From NCBI GenBank assembly GCA_016214565.1, contig JACROE010000002.1, positions 344,007-408,006 on the forward strand: a stretch of DNA of 64,000 bases. Direction: 5' to 3'. The notes under the pieces were generated by a model. That model was given only the letters and a program-made list of their open reading frames with translations. It did not search any database and was not told the DNA's origin. The stretch comes from Candidatus Kerfeldbacteria bacterium. GTDB lineage: Bacteria > Patescibacteriota > Patescibacteriia > UBA10025 > JAHIVO01. Made by a program: the position numbers and the translations under genes. Shown in pieces: positions 20,794-30,399 of the stretch (the stretch's first letter is position 1; every line of letters begins with the position of its first letter).

Positions 20794-21300
20794 ATGTTTT
20801 CTAGACAATTCGTGAGTCACAGAAAAACAAAACTCATAATCTCTGCCGTTTCATTCGTCGTCCTTTGGCAATTCTCATTTCCCCAGTCAGTCATTGCTGA
20901 AAGTGCCCTCGTCGAACAGATTACTTTTGCCCCAGTGCCTGCCGCGATCGAGGTGCAATCTCCAAATCTGCATCGGCTCCCGGAAAACCCTGACATACCC
21001 CGCCCAGAAGCTAAACGAACCATGCAAATCACGGTGACGGCTTATTCTTCAACGGTTGACCAAACTGACGGTGATCCATTTACCACTGCCTCAGGTACCC
21101 AGGTTCGAGACGGTATTATTGCCGCTAACTTCCTGCCAATTGGCTCAAAAGTCCGATTTCCTGAATATTTTGGAGATAAAATATTTGTAGTCGAGGATCG
21201 CATGTCTGCCCGGTATTGGCATACTGCAGATATCTGGATGCCAACCCGCGAAGCCGCTATCCAATGGGGCGTCCGGTACATCACGGTTGAAATCCTATAA
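20794..21300 (+). CDS. 3D-domain (MltA-like) secreted protein
   Basis: Signal/TM segment; VTAYSS, DGDPFTTASG, VEDRM, DIW. Confidence 0.88.
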   Translation: MFSRQFVSHRKTKLIISAVSFVVLWQFSFPQSVIAESALVEQITFAPVPAAIEVQSPNLHRLPENPDIPRPEAKRTMQITVTAYSSTVDQTDGDPFTTASGTQVRDGIIAANFLPIGSKVRFPEYFGDKIFVVEDRMSARYWHTADIWMPTREAAIQWGVRYITVEIL

Positions 21301-21303
21301 TGA

Positions 21304-21332
21304 ACAAAACCCCAGTCCAACTGGGGTTTTGT
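21304..21332 (+). terminator. Intrinsic terminator
   Basis: ACAAAACCCCAG/CTGGGGTTTTGT. Confidence 0.8.
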
Positions 21333-21425
21333 AATGGCTAGATTCCTTGATTTTTCAAAGGCTTTTTGATACTATTCACCATACATTCATCAGTTTTTGA
21401 TGCACTTTTTAGATGATTCTCACGA

Positions 21426-21493
21426 GGCCACGTAGTCCCGGTCCGTCACCGGACCGAGGATCCTCGATTCGCTCAAGCGAATCGGGACCAAGT
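21426..21493 (+). pseudogene. 5' fragment of tRNA-Cys interrupted by a 52-nt double hairpin
   Basis: GGCCACGTAG + insert 21436-21487 + CCAAGT equals the first 16 nt of tRNA-Cys at 21539. Confidence 0.88.
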
Positions 21494-21538
21494 CATGCAG
21501 AAAAAACCTTTACAACCAAAAATGAGGCACTCATCCAT
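21494..21538 (+). pseudogene. Possible GIY-YIG nuclease remnant
   Basis: Translates HAEKTFTTKNEALIH, matching F-x-T-[KR]-x-E-A of the GIY-YIG at 50638 (SFPTRQEA). Confidence 0.55.
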
Positions 21539-21613
21539 GGCCACGTAGCCAAGTGGTAAGGCGACGGTCTGCAAAACCGTTATTCAGGGGTTCGATTCCC
21601 CTCGTGGCCTCCA
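21539..21613 (+). tRNA. tRNA-Cys(GCA)
   Basis: GGCCACG/CGTGGCC acceptor, CTGCAAA loop, CCA. Confidence 0.97.
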
Positions 21614-21649
21614 CTTCGATACGTCAGTGCTATTCCTCTCATAACTACT

Positions 21650-21750
21650 CCGAACAAATGCGAAGCATTTGTGAGGATAAGGAGAAATGAAACGAAGGTG
21701 GAGTGACCGATGTGAAATCGGGCACGTAACCGAAGTTACCATTTCGACGT
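21650..21750 (+). repeat. tRNA-5'-abutting structured element, copy 2
   Basis: Same architecture and length as copy 1 with compensatory stem changes; ends CATTTCGACGT at tRNA-Gly +1. Confidence 0.9.
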
Positions 21751-21827
21751 GCGGCAGTAGTTCAGTTGGCTAGAACGTCTCCTTGCCAAGGAGAAGGTCG
21801 CCGGTTCGAATCCGGTCTGCCGCTCCA
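21751..21827 (+). tRNA. tRNA-Gly(GCC)
   Basis: GCGGCAG/CTGCCGC acceptor, TTGCCAA loop, CCA. Confidence 0.97.
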
Positions 21828-21837
21828 TCCCATCATC

Positions 21838-22296
21838 ATGCATCATCGTGATATCGTCGTGGTTCTCTATAATATCCGCAGCCGGTTCAATGTAGGCGCG
21901 CTTTTTCGCACTGCTGACGCCGCTGGCGTGAAGCGCATGATCCTGTGCGGCATCACGCCACAACCACCGCACCCGAAGATTGATAAGGTAGCGCTGGGCG
22001 CGGAAAAAACGGTGCCTTTTACCTACTATCGACAAACGAAACGAGCGCTTGATGATCTCCACAAACAAGGGTACCAACTCATTGCTCTCGAACAGTCAGC
22101 CGAGAGTATCCACTACACGAAACTGAAATACCCAAAACGCTGCGCGCTCCTGATTGGTAATGAGGTATCAGGATTACCCTACCGATTGCTCAAACAGTGC
22201 GATCACATCATCGAAATACCCATGCATGGCCGGAAAGAATCCCTGAATGTTGGCATAGCCACGGGTATTATCCTCTTTGACAGTATTCGTAAATAA
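21838..22296 (+). CDS. SpoU/TrmH-family RNA methyltransferase
   Basis: NIRSRFNVGALFRTADA, GNEVSG, IPMHGRKESLNV; start placed after the tRNA. Confidence 0.93.
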   Translation: MHHRDIVVVLYNIRSRFNVGALFRTADAAGVKRMILCGITPQPPHPKIDKVALGAEKTVPFTYYRQTKRALDDLHKQGYQLIALEQSAESIHYTKLKYPKRCALLIGNEVSGLPYRLLKQCDHIIEIPMHGRKESLNVGIATGIILFDSIRK

Positions 22297-22302
22297 CAAC
22301 AT

Positions 22303-22389
22303 GCCGCCGTGGTGAAATTGGTATACACGAGGGACTTAAAATCCCTTGGGGGCAACCCCGTGTCGGTTCAAGTCCGACCGGCGGCACCA
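22303..22389 (+). tRNA. tRNA-Leu(TAA)
   Basis: CTTAAAA loop, long variable arm, CCA. Confidence 0.96.
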
Positions 22390-22402
22390 TTATCTCAGAC
22401 CT

Positions 22403-23359
22403 ATGTCCACCGTATCTCGTGAACTCCGTTCGACGAACGGAAAACCAAACCTTGTCTATTGTTCCGGCAAAGGAACGCTCGGGTCATATCCTTTCAATCA
22501 TCCCCAATACCGTGAATCAATCACGGACTTTATGCGTTTGGCGGAAAAAAAATTTGCCGTCTTCCTTGTCCGCGGTGCTGACAAACATATAGGCAATGGC
22601 GTCTTTACCGACGGTTATCGCGTCACCAGAGGAACGTTCAAACGATTCAATAAAAAAATTTACGCTCGGGTGGTATTTAATAAAGCACCACTCAAAAGTA
22701 ATGGTGGGCGAGATTGGTCAATTCTTAATCAATGGCAGCTTATACAGATTACAGATAATAAATGGCGCACCTACCAACTGCTCAAAAAATTCATGAAGCC
22801 CACCTTCCGTACGACTGATAAGAAATCATTCGCTGCTGCGCTCAAAAAAATAAAAGGGGAGCGCGTCGTGTATAAACCAATCCATGGCAGTGAAGGAAAG
22901 GGAATTGTAATCGGATCAAAAACTGTCGTTGCTAAAAAACTGCGCCGCTACGACGGCCTAATACAGGAATACATAGATACGAGCAGTGGCGTCCCCGGAG
23001 TCTGCCGCGAACGACATGATATGCGGGTCCTGCTGATGAATGGTACAATAGTGCAGTCATACGTGCGCATCCCGCGTCCTGACTCGCACCTGGCAAATAT
23101 TGCTCAGGGTGGCCGCATGCTCGAGATTCCATACTCAGCCATCCCGCCGGCTGCAAAAAAAATAGTGAAGCAGATTGATCGATTATTTCGCCATATTTCT
23201 CCACGCATGTACGCTGTTGACTTCGGATTTGAACAAGGAAGACCTTATATTTTTGAACTCAACCCTCGCGCCGGCTTCCCCTACAAAGCCTGGAAGCGAT
23301 ATTATCACCACTGGCACCAGAGTTTACTGAAAACTCTCTGGAGCGCCCTAACGCACTAG
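22403..23359 (+). CDS. ATP-grasp ligase (RimK/YheCD-like)
   Basis: KPIHGSEGKGI, IQEYID, DMRV, ANIAQGG, VDF, ELNPRAG. Confidence 0.88.
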   Translation: MSTVSRELRSTNGKPNLVYCSGKGTLGSYPFNHPQYRESITDFMRLAEKKFAVFLVRGADKHIGNGVFTDGYRVTRGTFKRFNKKIYARVVFNKAPLKSNGGRDWSILNQWQLIQITDNKWRTYQLLKKFMKPTFRTTDKKSFAAALKKIKGERVVYKPIHGSEGKGIVIGSKTVVAKKLRRYDGLIQEYIDTSSGVPGVCRERHDMRVLLMNGTIVQSYVRIPRPDSHLANIAQGGRMLEIPYSAIPPAAKKIVKQIDRLFRHISPRMYAVDFGFEQGRPYIFELNPRAGFPYKAWKRYYHHWHQSLLKTLWSALTH

Positions 23360-23363
23360 CCGT

Positions 23364-24917
23364 ATGCAATCTAAAATAGGAGCCTATCTCGGTCTGTCTA
23401 TCCTCCTCATGAGTTTATGCAATCCGGTTTTCGCTCAAAGCGAGGAGATCACCCCGATAGAACAAACGCCGCTCACCGCTGAATCAGTCATCGCTGGCAC
23501 CCTGACGCCGCGCATAATCACTGAAGATTTTATTGAATTTGGGAAAAAAACACTATTTGACGCCACTGATTCGATACTCAATCCGGATGCGGGAGTGGCC
23601 ACCTATCGCTGGGATTTTTCTGACAGCACCATTGCTCAGTTCGGTCCAGAAATTTTATATCAATTTTCCGGCACGGGCATCCACCGCGTTGCACTCACCA
23701 TCACCCAGGCAGACCAATCAGTTACCATAGAAAAAGAAGTCTTCGTATACGACACTCGCATGCTCATGATTGCCGACCGGGAAATCGTGCAGAACCTCGA
23801 TGCGATCGTTAAACAAGCGGCTAATAATGGCGTGCTGCTCAAGGTGTTATCATCCACTGAAGCAGAAACTGGTTTTTTAACTGAAGAAAAGCTTATCCCC
23901 TTGATTGCCCAAGAGGCTGATTTTATCACTACCGCGGACGTACTCATTTTTTATACGAATGGCAGTGTCGGCCTGCAATCATTTACCCGCTATTGGCAAA
24001 ATTTGGTTCCGGAGAAAAAAATCAACCTCGAATCAAAGTTGGTCGTTTCAATCACCGACCAAAATATGGCGATTGCGGCAGAATTAACCCAGCAATCATT
24101 CCGCGTTATCGCCCCTCGCTTCATCTTGCTCACCCGTAAAGAATCTCTCAATCCAATTTTTGAGACTGATGAGGACGCCGAACTCGTCCCCAATCTCGAG
24201 AGTCGAGCGATTGAATACCGTATCGTCGATTCACGCAGCGAAAAATCAAATTTCTTTTTCCTGTCGCACGCAATTTCGACATTTATTGCCAAGGGTATTC
24301 CGACGAATACCATCTATTTGATTTTAGCCGTACCATTTATTGCGTTCATCATCACTTTTGCTCGACAAGTGATAGGCATAACTGCCTTCGGCCTGTATAC
24401 GCCACTGGTCATCGCCCTGGCACTACTGATTCTCGGACTCTGGGTCGGTTTAGGCACAGTGTTGGTGGTCGTGGCGATCAGCTATCTGCTCCGACTCGCG
24501 CTCAGCCGATTTCGGCTTCTGTACATACCCAAAACAAGTCTAATCCTATCAGCCATTGGCCTATCCTTCCTCGCCGTCATCTGGATCGTATCATTGTATG
24601 AATTATCACTGGCAGCTACCCTCGCCATTTTCCCCATGCTCGTCATGTCTACCATTTCAGAAAAATTTTTGTCAGCTCAATCAGAAGAAGGTCTCGGGAG
24701 CGCTCTTTCAGGCGTGGTTACAACGATTGTCGTGTCTACCGTCGCCTACTACGTCGTCGTCTGGGACACCTTCACCAATCTCATCATGTCCTGGCCTGAA
24801 TTAATTTTGGTACCGCTCCTGGGCACCATTATCCTAGGAAAATTCACGGGCCTTCGATGGACTGAGTATGTTCGATTCCGTTCTCTCCTCAAAGAAAAAA
24901 CAATCGAAGAAGAATAA
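23364..24917 (+). CDS. PKD-domain plus 7TM membrane protein (7TM_transglut-like)
   Basis: Signal peptide, YRWDFSD PKD motif, RQVIGITAFGLYTP, AIFPMLVM, GKFTGLRWTEYVRF. Confidence 0.85.
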   Translation: MQSKIGAYLGLSILLMSLCNPVFAQSEEITPIEQTPLTAESVIAGTLTPRIITEDFIEFGKKTLFDATDSILNPDAGVATYRWDFSDSTIAQFGPEILYQFSGTGIHRVALTITQADQSVTIEKEVFVYDTRMLMIADREIVQNLDAIVKQAANNGVLLKVLSSTEAETGFLTEEKLIPLIAQEADFITTADVLIFYTNGSVGLQSFTRYWQNLVPEKKINLESKLVVSITDQNMAIAAELTQQSFRVIAPRFILLTRKESLNPIFETDEDAELVPNLESRAIEYRIVDSRSEKSNFFFLSHAISTFIAKGIPTNTIYLILAVPFIAFIITFARQVIGITAFGLYTPLVIALALLILGLWVGLGTVLVVVAISYLLRLALSRFRLLYIPKTSLILSAIGLSFLAVIWIVSLYELSLAATLAIFPMLVMSTISEKFLSAQSEEGLGSALSGVVTTIVVSTVAYYVVVWDTFTNLIMSWPELILVPLLGTIILGKFTGLRWTEYVRFRSLLKEKTIEEE

Positions 24918-24926
24918 CCGGCGCCT

Positions 24927-27263
24927 ATGTCATTCATGTCCACTGCCGGAGGTATCCTCGGCATCAATGCTCGCAATCTGCTCTACGTCTCTCGGTTTAA
25001 TTCAAAAAAGAACCGGCGCTTAGCGGATGACAAACTGTTTACCAAGCGCTTCTTGCAAGCGCGGGGAATTGGCGTGGCAAAATTATATGCACAGATAACT
25101 AATACTGCCGGCTTGCGCGCCTTCAATCCTGCAGTACTGCCAAAACGATTTGTAATAAAGCCAAACAAAGGGTACGGCGGCGAGGGAATTATCGCGATCC
25201 AGGATACCAAATCCGGAAAATATATCGATGCCAGCGGCACCGGCTACAGCTGGGCGGAATTAACCGAGCACTGCTTGTCCATCCTCGATGGCCGCTATGC
25301 AATTTCTGGACTGGGGGACACGGTTCTATTTGAAGAACTACTGGAACCGCATGAATACTTCCGGGGTATTGCTGCGACGGGCTTACCAGACATCCGTATT
25401 ATTGTTTTCAAATATGTACCCGTCATCGCTATGCTCCGACTTCCTACAGCCGCTTCAAATGGCAAAGCAAATCTGCATTTAGGAGCTATCGGTGTCGGCA
25501 TCGACCTCGGTACCGGCCGAGGCACGTTTGGCGTCCGTGGACGTAACCTCGTGCGAAAACTGCCCAATGGCGAACCGATTCGATCTATTCTCGTGCCACA
25601 GTGGCACGACATTTTGCTCACCGCCTCCCAAACCCAATACCATACCCAAATCGGCTATTTAGCTGCTGATGTCGCCCTGACCACCCATGGGGTAAAAATT
25701 TTGGAACTCAATGCCCGGGCGGGACTGGCTATTCAAATCTCGAATCAAGCATTACTACGGAAACGTCTGGAGAAAGTCAGCGACCTGAAAGTAACATCGC
25801 CCAGCGAGGGTGTGAGATTGGGGCAAACATTATTTACCAAAATTCTGGCTGACAAAAAACAAACCAGCGCACCAAAAACAACCCCAAAGCCAATCATCGG
25901 TTTATTTGAAGCCGTCAATATATTAAACGTTCCTGGCGTGACGCAGCTCAAAGCAAAAATCGACCCCCATAGCGAACATACCATCATTTCTGACTCGCTG
26001 CCCCTTCCTGAATCAACCAAGCTGCTCGGCATAACCATACGGGATAAAAAGCTGCGGCTGCCGGTCGAGCGCGGCACGCTTCCCCCAGGAGATTACCAGA
26101 TTATTATTGCCGGAAAATACTTATCTGACTTTTTAATTGACTCAAGTGCCAAACGGACGGACAAAACAACTCCTACCAGCACCGCACCAACAGCCGAAAA
26201 AATTATTAAAAATATTGATCAACGTTTAGCCAGCTTAAGCGAATCTCTACATGTTTTAGCTCGCCTCAAACCGCAGAATCTTTCTGAAGCGCGTGAAGCA
26301 TTTCAAGTATCGCCGCATACTTCTCCCCAATTTATCTATTCCACGCCTACCGCTCTCATCCAGAGCACGCGGGTTGAACTACGTAAACTTCCACGCCGCG
26401 TCGACCATCCACTGATGCCGCTCTTTCTAGAAAAAATTGAAGAAATTGAACGTAAATTAAAATTAATCGAAGGAGTGGGCCAAGCCAACCTCACCGAACG
26501 TTCACAGTCGGTCTACGGTGCGGTAACTGAACGGCACTACCGCGATGCGCTGCGACTCATCAAACAGACGCCACACGTAGACGACACCAGCAAAATATTA
26601 CGAATCGAAGAGGTGATCCGCCGTATGGAACGCTATATGGAAGAAAAGAAGCTGTCTCGTTGGAAAATTAAAGTGATTGAGCAGGCCACTGCCGGCATGC
26701 AAGTGACCAGACAGAATACAATTTTAGTGGACAAAAAAGCCCGCATCTCAGAAAATCGTTATCGGGCGTTGGTGGCCCATGAAATCGAAACGCATATTTT
26801 TAGGATGGAAAACGGCCGCCTGCAAAAATTCCGCCTGTTTGAGCACGGTACCGCAGGATATTTGAGCATTGAAGAAGGTTTAGCTATTTACAATCAAAAT
26901 AGGCTGCACCTTAACCTGGGCGATAAATTTTTCTCCCCAGCGCTCAACGTGATCGCCATTTACCTCGGCATGCAATTATCATTCGCTGACCTCTACCACC
27001 AACTCACCGACATCTACGGTCTCGATGCTGATCGTGCCTGGCGTACCTGTGTCCGGGTCAAACGTGGCATGACGGACACGAGCCAACCAGGCGCCTTCAC
27101 CAAAGATAGTATGTATTTTGTCGGGAATCAGCAGATTGAATCATATGTCGCTACGCACGGCGCCGAAGCGCTCAAAAAATTATACGTCGGGAAAATAAAA
27201 ATCAGCGACACGGAATATATCACTGACTTCCGCAGTTGGCCAATCAAATATTTCCCTGAGTAG
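24927..27263 (+). CDS. Alpha-L-glutamate-ligase-like ATP-grasp fused to a degenerate retropepsin-like domain and a DUF1704/MATCAP-like metallopeptidase
   Basis: ILGINARN, DDKL, KPNKGYGGEGI, DIRI, GKANLHLG, ELNARAGLAIQ; middle LKAKIDP; C-terminal HEIETH, EEGLA, RVKRG, FTKD. Confidence 0.88.
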   Translation: MSFMSTAGGILGINARNLLYVSRFNSKKNRRLADDKLFTKRFLQARGIGVAKLYAQITNTAGLRAFNPAVLPKRFVIKPNKGYGGEGIIAIQDTKSGKYIDASGTGYSWAELTEHCLSILDGRYAISGLGDTVLFEELLEPHEYFRGIAATGLPDIRIIVFKYVPVIAMLRLPTAASNGKANLHLGAIGVGIDLGTGRGTFGVRGRNLVRKLPNGEPIRSILVPQWHDILLTASQTQYHTQIGYLAADVALTTHGVKILELNARAGLAIQISNQALLRKRLEKVSDLKVTSPSEGVRLGQTLFTKILADKKQTSAPKTTPKPIIGLFEAVNILNVPGVTQLKAKIDPHSEHTIISDSLPLPESTKLLGITIRDKKLRLPVERGTLPPGDYQIIIAGKYLSDFLIDSSAKRTDKTTPTSTAPTAEKIIKNIDQRLASLSESLHVLARLKPQNLSEAREAFQVSPHTSPQFIYSTPTALIQSTRVELRKLPRRVDHPLMPLFLEKIEEIERKLKLIEGVGQANLTERSQSVYGAVTERHYRDALRLIKQTPHVDDTSKILRIEEVIRRMERYMEEKKLSRWKIKVIEQATAGMQVTRQNTILVDKKARISENRYRALVAHEIETHIFRMENGRLQKFRLFEHGTAGYLSIEEGLAIYNQNRLHLNLGDKFFSPALNVIAIYLGMQLSFADLYHQLTDIYGLDADRAWRTCVRVKRGMTDTSQPGAFTKDSMYFVGNQQIESYVATHGAEALKKLYVGKIKISDTEYITDFRSWPIKYFPE

Positions 27264-27639
27264 GGTAGCGATAGGCTCGAGCGATCCGGATATCTCGTCG
27301 AATACGCGCTAGCAATGCCGCCTCCCGTTGATACCAGTACAGCGGACGAATTTTTTTATACACGATGAAGGAAATTCGCTGGCCATAGAGCACTCGATTC
27401 GGATGATTGAGAATATACAATTCTGTTTTACCTCGTTTTTGAATACGCTTGCCGGGCACGCCAAAAACAGCCAGCGCCCGATACGAGCGTCCGCGTAAGA
27501 CCGTGCGGGCAACATACACCCCCGCAGTTAACCCGGTTCCCCGTAAGACGGAACCAGAAAAATTTGCCGTGGGGTAGCCTTGGCGCTCTCCAATTTGTTC
27601 ACCGCGAATGACCATGCCCTGAACTACAACCGGCTTCAT
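27244..27639 (-). CDS. Stand-alone riboflavin kinase domain
   Basis: GEQIG...GYPTAN, GVY, LYG, KIRP. Confidence 0.85.
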   Translation of the reverse strand: MKPVVVQGMVIRGEQIGERQGYPTANFSGSVLRGTGLTAGVYVARTVLRGRSYRALAVFGVPGKRIQKRGKTELYILNHPNRVLYGQRISFIVYKKIRPLYWYQREAALLARIRRDIRIARAYRYPTQGNI

Positions 27640-28412
27640 GAAATCGCCCTTATTAGTGCGTTATGGATTTTGCCATTGGAAGCAACGACCCCCGTGCTCT
27701 GCAGATGCCATGGCTTTCCGTCCATATTGGTCACCCGACCACCTGCCTCGCGCACCATGAGTACGCCCGCGGGAGCGTCCCAAGCACTGACCCCCGGGGG
27801 AGTCATGACGGTCGCATCACTTCGACCCACGGCGGTATACGCTAAATTAAGAGAACCACTCCCTAAATACCGAGAATTAAACACGCACTGATCGAGCCGG
27901 CGTTGCAGCATAATATAGTTACGATGTGATATAGGATGATGCGTCCGACCAATCAGCACCAAAGCGTCACTGAGTCGATGGGTAGTAGAAACGCGCAATC
28001 GCTTCCCATTCAACCAAGCGCCTGCGCCGGCTTCGGCAACATACAATTCTTTAACGAAGGGTGCATAAATCACCCCGCATAAAACTTCCCCTTGATGGAG
28101 GAGCGCTAGAGTCGTACAAAAAAGTGGGGATTGCAGAGCAAAATTGACCGTGCCATCCAAGGGATCAATAGTCCAGCGGTATGTATCGGTATTATCCTCT
28201 AACCCCGTTTCTTCACTTAAAAAATCATGCTGCGGGAAATGTCGACGAATGGTGTGAAGAATGATGTCATTCGCCTCCATGTCCGCATGGGTAACAATAT
28301 CATGTCGTCCTTTACGCTGAGCACCCTGAGTGGTGACATGACGAAATCGTTTCATCAATTGATGACCGGCTAACCGAGCTGCCTGGATAGCTACGTTTGT
28401 GTATTGCTTCAT
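27636..28412 (-). CDS. suhB: Inositol monophosphatase family (SuhB-like)
   Basis: SEE, IDPLDGTVNF, WD...G...VREAGG. Confidence 0.9.
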   Translation of the reverse strand: MKQYTNVAIQAARLAGHQLMKRFRHVTTQGAQRKGRHDIVTHADMEANDIILHTIRRHFPQHDFLSEETGLEDNTDTYRWTIDPLDGTVNFALQSPLFCTTLALLHQGEVLCGVIYAPFVKELYVAEAGAGAWLNGKRLRVSTTHRLSDALVLIGRTHHPISHRNYIMLQRRLDQCVFNSRYLGSGSLNLAYTAVGRSDATVMTPPGVSAWDAPAGVLMVREAGGRVTNMDGKPWHLQSTGVVASNGKIHNALIRAIS

Positions 28413-28915
28413 AAATCATTCACTCGGATTAAGGTAAGTTCGTTGGTAGCCGTGTCATACAAGGCAAAAGTGGGCGGATACACCATGTTAGCTACATTGC
28501 CAGGATTAATCATACGCGTCGAACCAATGGTTTCCTCCCACGGCTTATGATTATGCCCGTAGAATACCAGATCATATTCTCCCGACTGCGCCAGCTTCTT
28601 GGCAATGTCCGGATAGTGATTAATAGCGATCTTTTTATTATCCAAGGTAAATTCGCCAATCTCCTGATAGATAGTCACATTCTTGGCACTGCCATCCTGG
28701 ATTTTCGTCAGCATGCGAAATGGGTCACCGTCGACATTGCCTAAGCTGAGATAAATTGGTCCTGGGAAAGCTTCGGCGATGCGTACCATCGTGATCGGGG
28801 CGCACACGTCACCACAATGAATCATAGCCTCGGCTTTTTCATTTTTGAGATAAGCTAAAACTTTGTCTATGTTGGCCCAATTGTCATGGGTATCGGAAAT
28901 AATGGCTAATTTCAT
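28409..28915 (-). CDS. YfcE-family metallophosphoesterase
   Basis: SDTHDN, HCGD, GNVD, GHNH, INPG. Confidence 0.92.
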   Translation of the reverse strand: MKLAIISDTHDNWANIDKVLAYLKNEKAEAMIHCGDVCAPITMVRIAEAFPGPIYLSLGNVDGDPFRMLTKIQDGSAKNVTIYQEIGEFTLDNKKIAINHYPDIAKKLAQSGEYDLVFYGHNHKPWEETIGSTRMINPGNVANMVYPPTFALYDTATNELTLIRVNDL

Positions 28916-28927
28916 AGATACTCACTA

Positions 28928-29566
28928 TTATATATAATCCTGTAATGCATAATACACCGTCGCCAGGTAATCGCGAAGGATGGAGCGGAATTCAATCAAG
29001 TTGCGATACGGATTGCTCTGAAAGTCAGCACTGGGATAGGCAGCTATACAGGTAATCGTCACCCCTTCTTTCTCAAATACCGCGCACGCTCGTCGTGTAT
29101 GGAAGTAGGAGGTAACTACCAGGGCGGTGTTCCAGCCCCGCTTTTCCATAATGCGCTTTGAATTAACCGCATTCTCGTGAGTGTCCCGCGCGTCGATTTC
29201 CTCTACGATCGTATCGTGAGGCTGACCATGCTGTTCTGCAAAAGCGCGCATAATTCTACTTTCTCTCAAATCAGTTGTATCAACCAATCCTCCGGTCAAA
29301 ATAAGTACCGATCCAAATCGCTCGCGCCACAACTCCATGCCTCGATACACGCGCTCCTGAGGCCCATACGGCAATGATTCTGTTTCCACGATCACTCCGC
29401 CACCCAAAACAATGATAACATCCGACTTTCGCGGCACCTCGTCACGGACGAGCGGCTGCGCTAACCACTGATTAAGCGGGGTATACATCGCACAGAGCAC
29501 CACCAGCAACCCGGCCAGCGTCACCCACATGAGGAATAGTCGCATAACTTGCCACGGTGATCTCAT
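28928..29566 (-). CDS. YdcF/DUF218 family protein
   Basis: IIVLGGG, LTGG, DTHENA, VTSYFHTRRA. Confidence 0.9.
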   Translation of the reverse strand: MRSPWQVMRLFLMWVTLAGLLVVLCAMYTPLNQWLAQPLVRDEVPRKSDVIIVLGGGVIVETESLPYGPQERVYRGMELWRERFGSVLILTGGLVDTTDLRESRIMRAFAEQHGQPHDTIVEEIDARDTHENAVNSKRIMEKRGWNTALVVTSYFHTRRACAVFEKEGVTITCIAAYPSADFQSNPYRNLIEFRSILRDYLATVYYALQDYI

Positions 29567-30396
29567 ACGTCTCGTAATTTAATTAATGTGTTTACATCGA
29601 CAATCCGTGCCGCGCCATCCGGCGTCTCAATGATGCAATCAACGTCCCGCAATCGGGGATGGCCAATAATCGCCCGCCAGCCCGCCATGCCAATGGCGCC
29701 CTTACCAATATGTTCGTGACGATCAAGGCGTGAACCAAAACCGCCCTTGCTATCATTGGCATGCAATACCGTCAAACGGCGCAAGCCCACCAGACGATCA
29801 AAATCAGCAAATGTTTTATGCACCGTTGCCAGGGTACGCAAATCATATCCAGAAGCAAATAGGTGACAGGTGTCGAGACAAACGCCAACTGATGGATGCG
29901 TCACACCTTTGAGTATCGTGGCGATCTCTTCAAATGATCCGCCAATCACATGGCCCGCCCCGGCGGCATTTTCGATTAAAAATTGGCAGCTTCCACGGTA
30001 CCCATCAAGCGCCTGGCGCAAACCCGCAATCGTCAATTTAACCGCCTCAATGGCTCCAACGTCGCGGGCTGACCCCAAATGCGTCATCAGGGCGCGGACG
30101 CCCAAAGCCGATGACCGTTCCAATTCTTCCCGAATAATACGCGCGGACGCCTGTCGAATCGCGGCTTTACCCGAGGCGAAATTGATGTAGTAAGGCGCGT
30201 GAACATAAGCATGCGACAAGCCATGTTCCGCCATGGCTGTCTTATAACTGGCAATCACGTCAGGGGTAATCTTCCCGGCCGCTCCACCGCGCGGCGAGCG
30301 AGTAAACATTTGGAAACACTCAGCGCCCTCGGCATGGGCGTTTGCGGGAGCATTGAAGATACCTCCGGCAATCGATACATGAATGCCAATATACAT
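29563..30396 (-). CDS. nfo: Endonuclease IV
   Basis: GIHVSIAGG, HAPYYIN, ENAAG, CLDTCH, HANDS, DRHEHIG, ETP. Confidence 0.96.
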   Translation of the reverse strand: MYIGIHVSIAGGIFNAPANAHAEGAECFQMFTRSPRGGAAGKITPDVIASYKTAMAEHGLSHAYVHAPYYINFASGKAAIRQASARIIREELERSSALGVRALMTHLGSARDVGAIEAVKLTIAGLRQALDGYRGSCQFLIENAAGAGHVIGGSFEEIATILKGVTHPSVGVCLDTCHLFASGYDLRTLATVHKTFADFDRLVGLRRLTVLHANDSKGGFGSRLDRHEHIGKGAIGMAGWRAIIGHPRLRDVDCIIETPDGAARIVDVNTLIKLRDV

Positions 30397-30399
30397 AGG

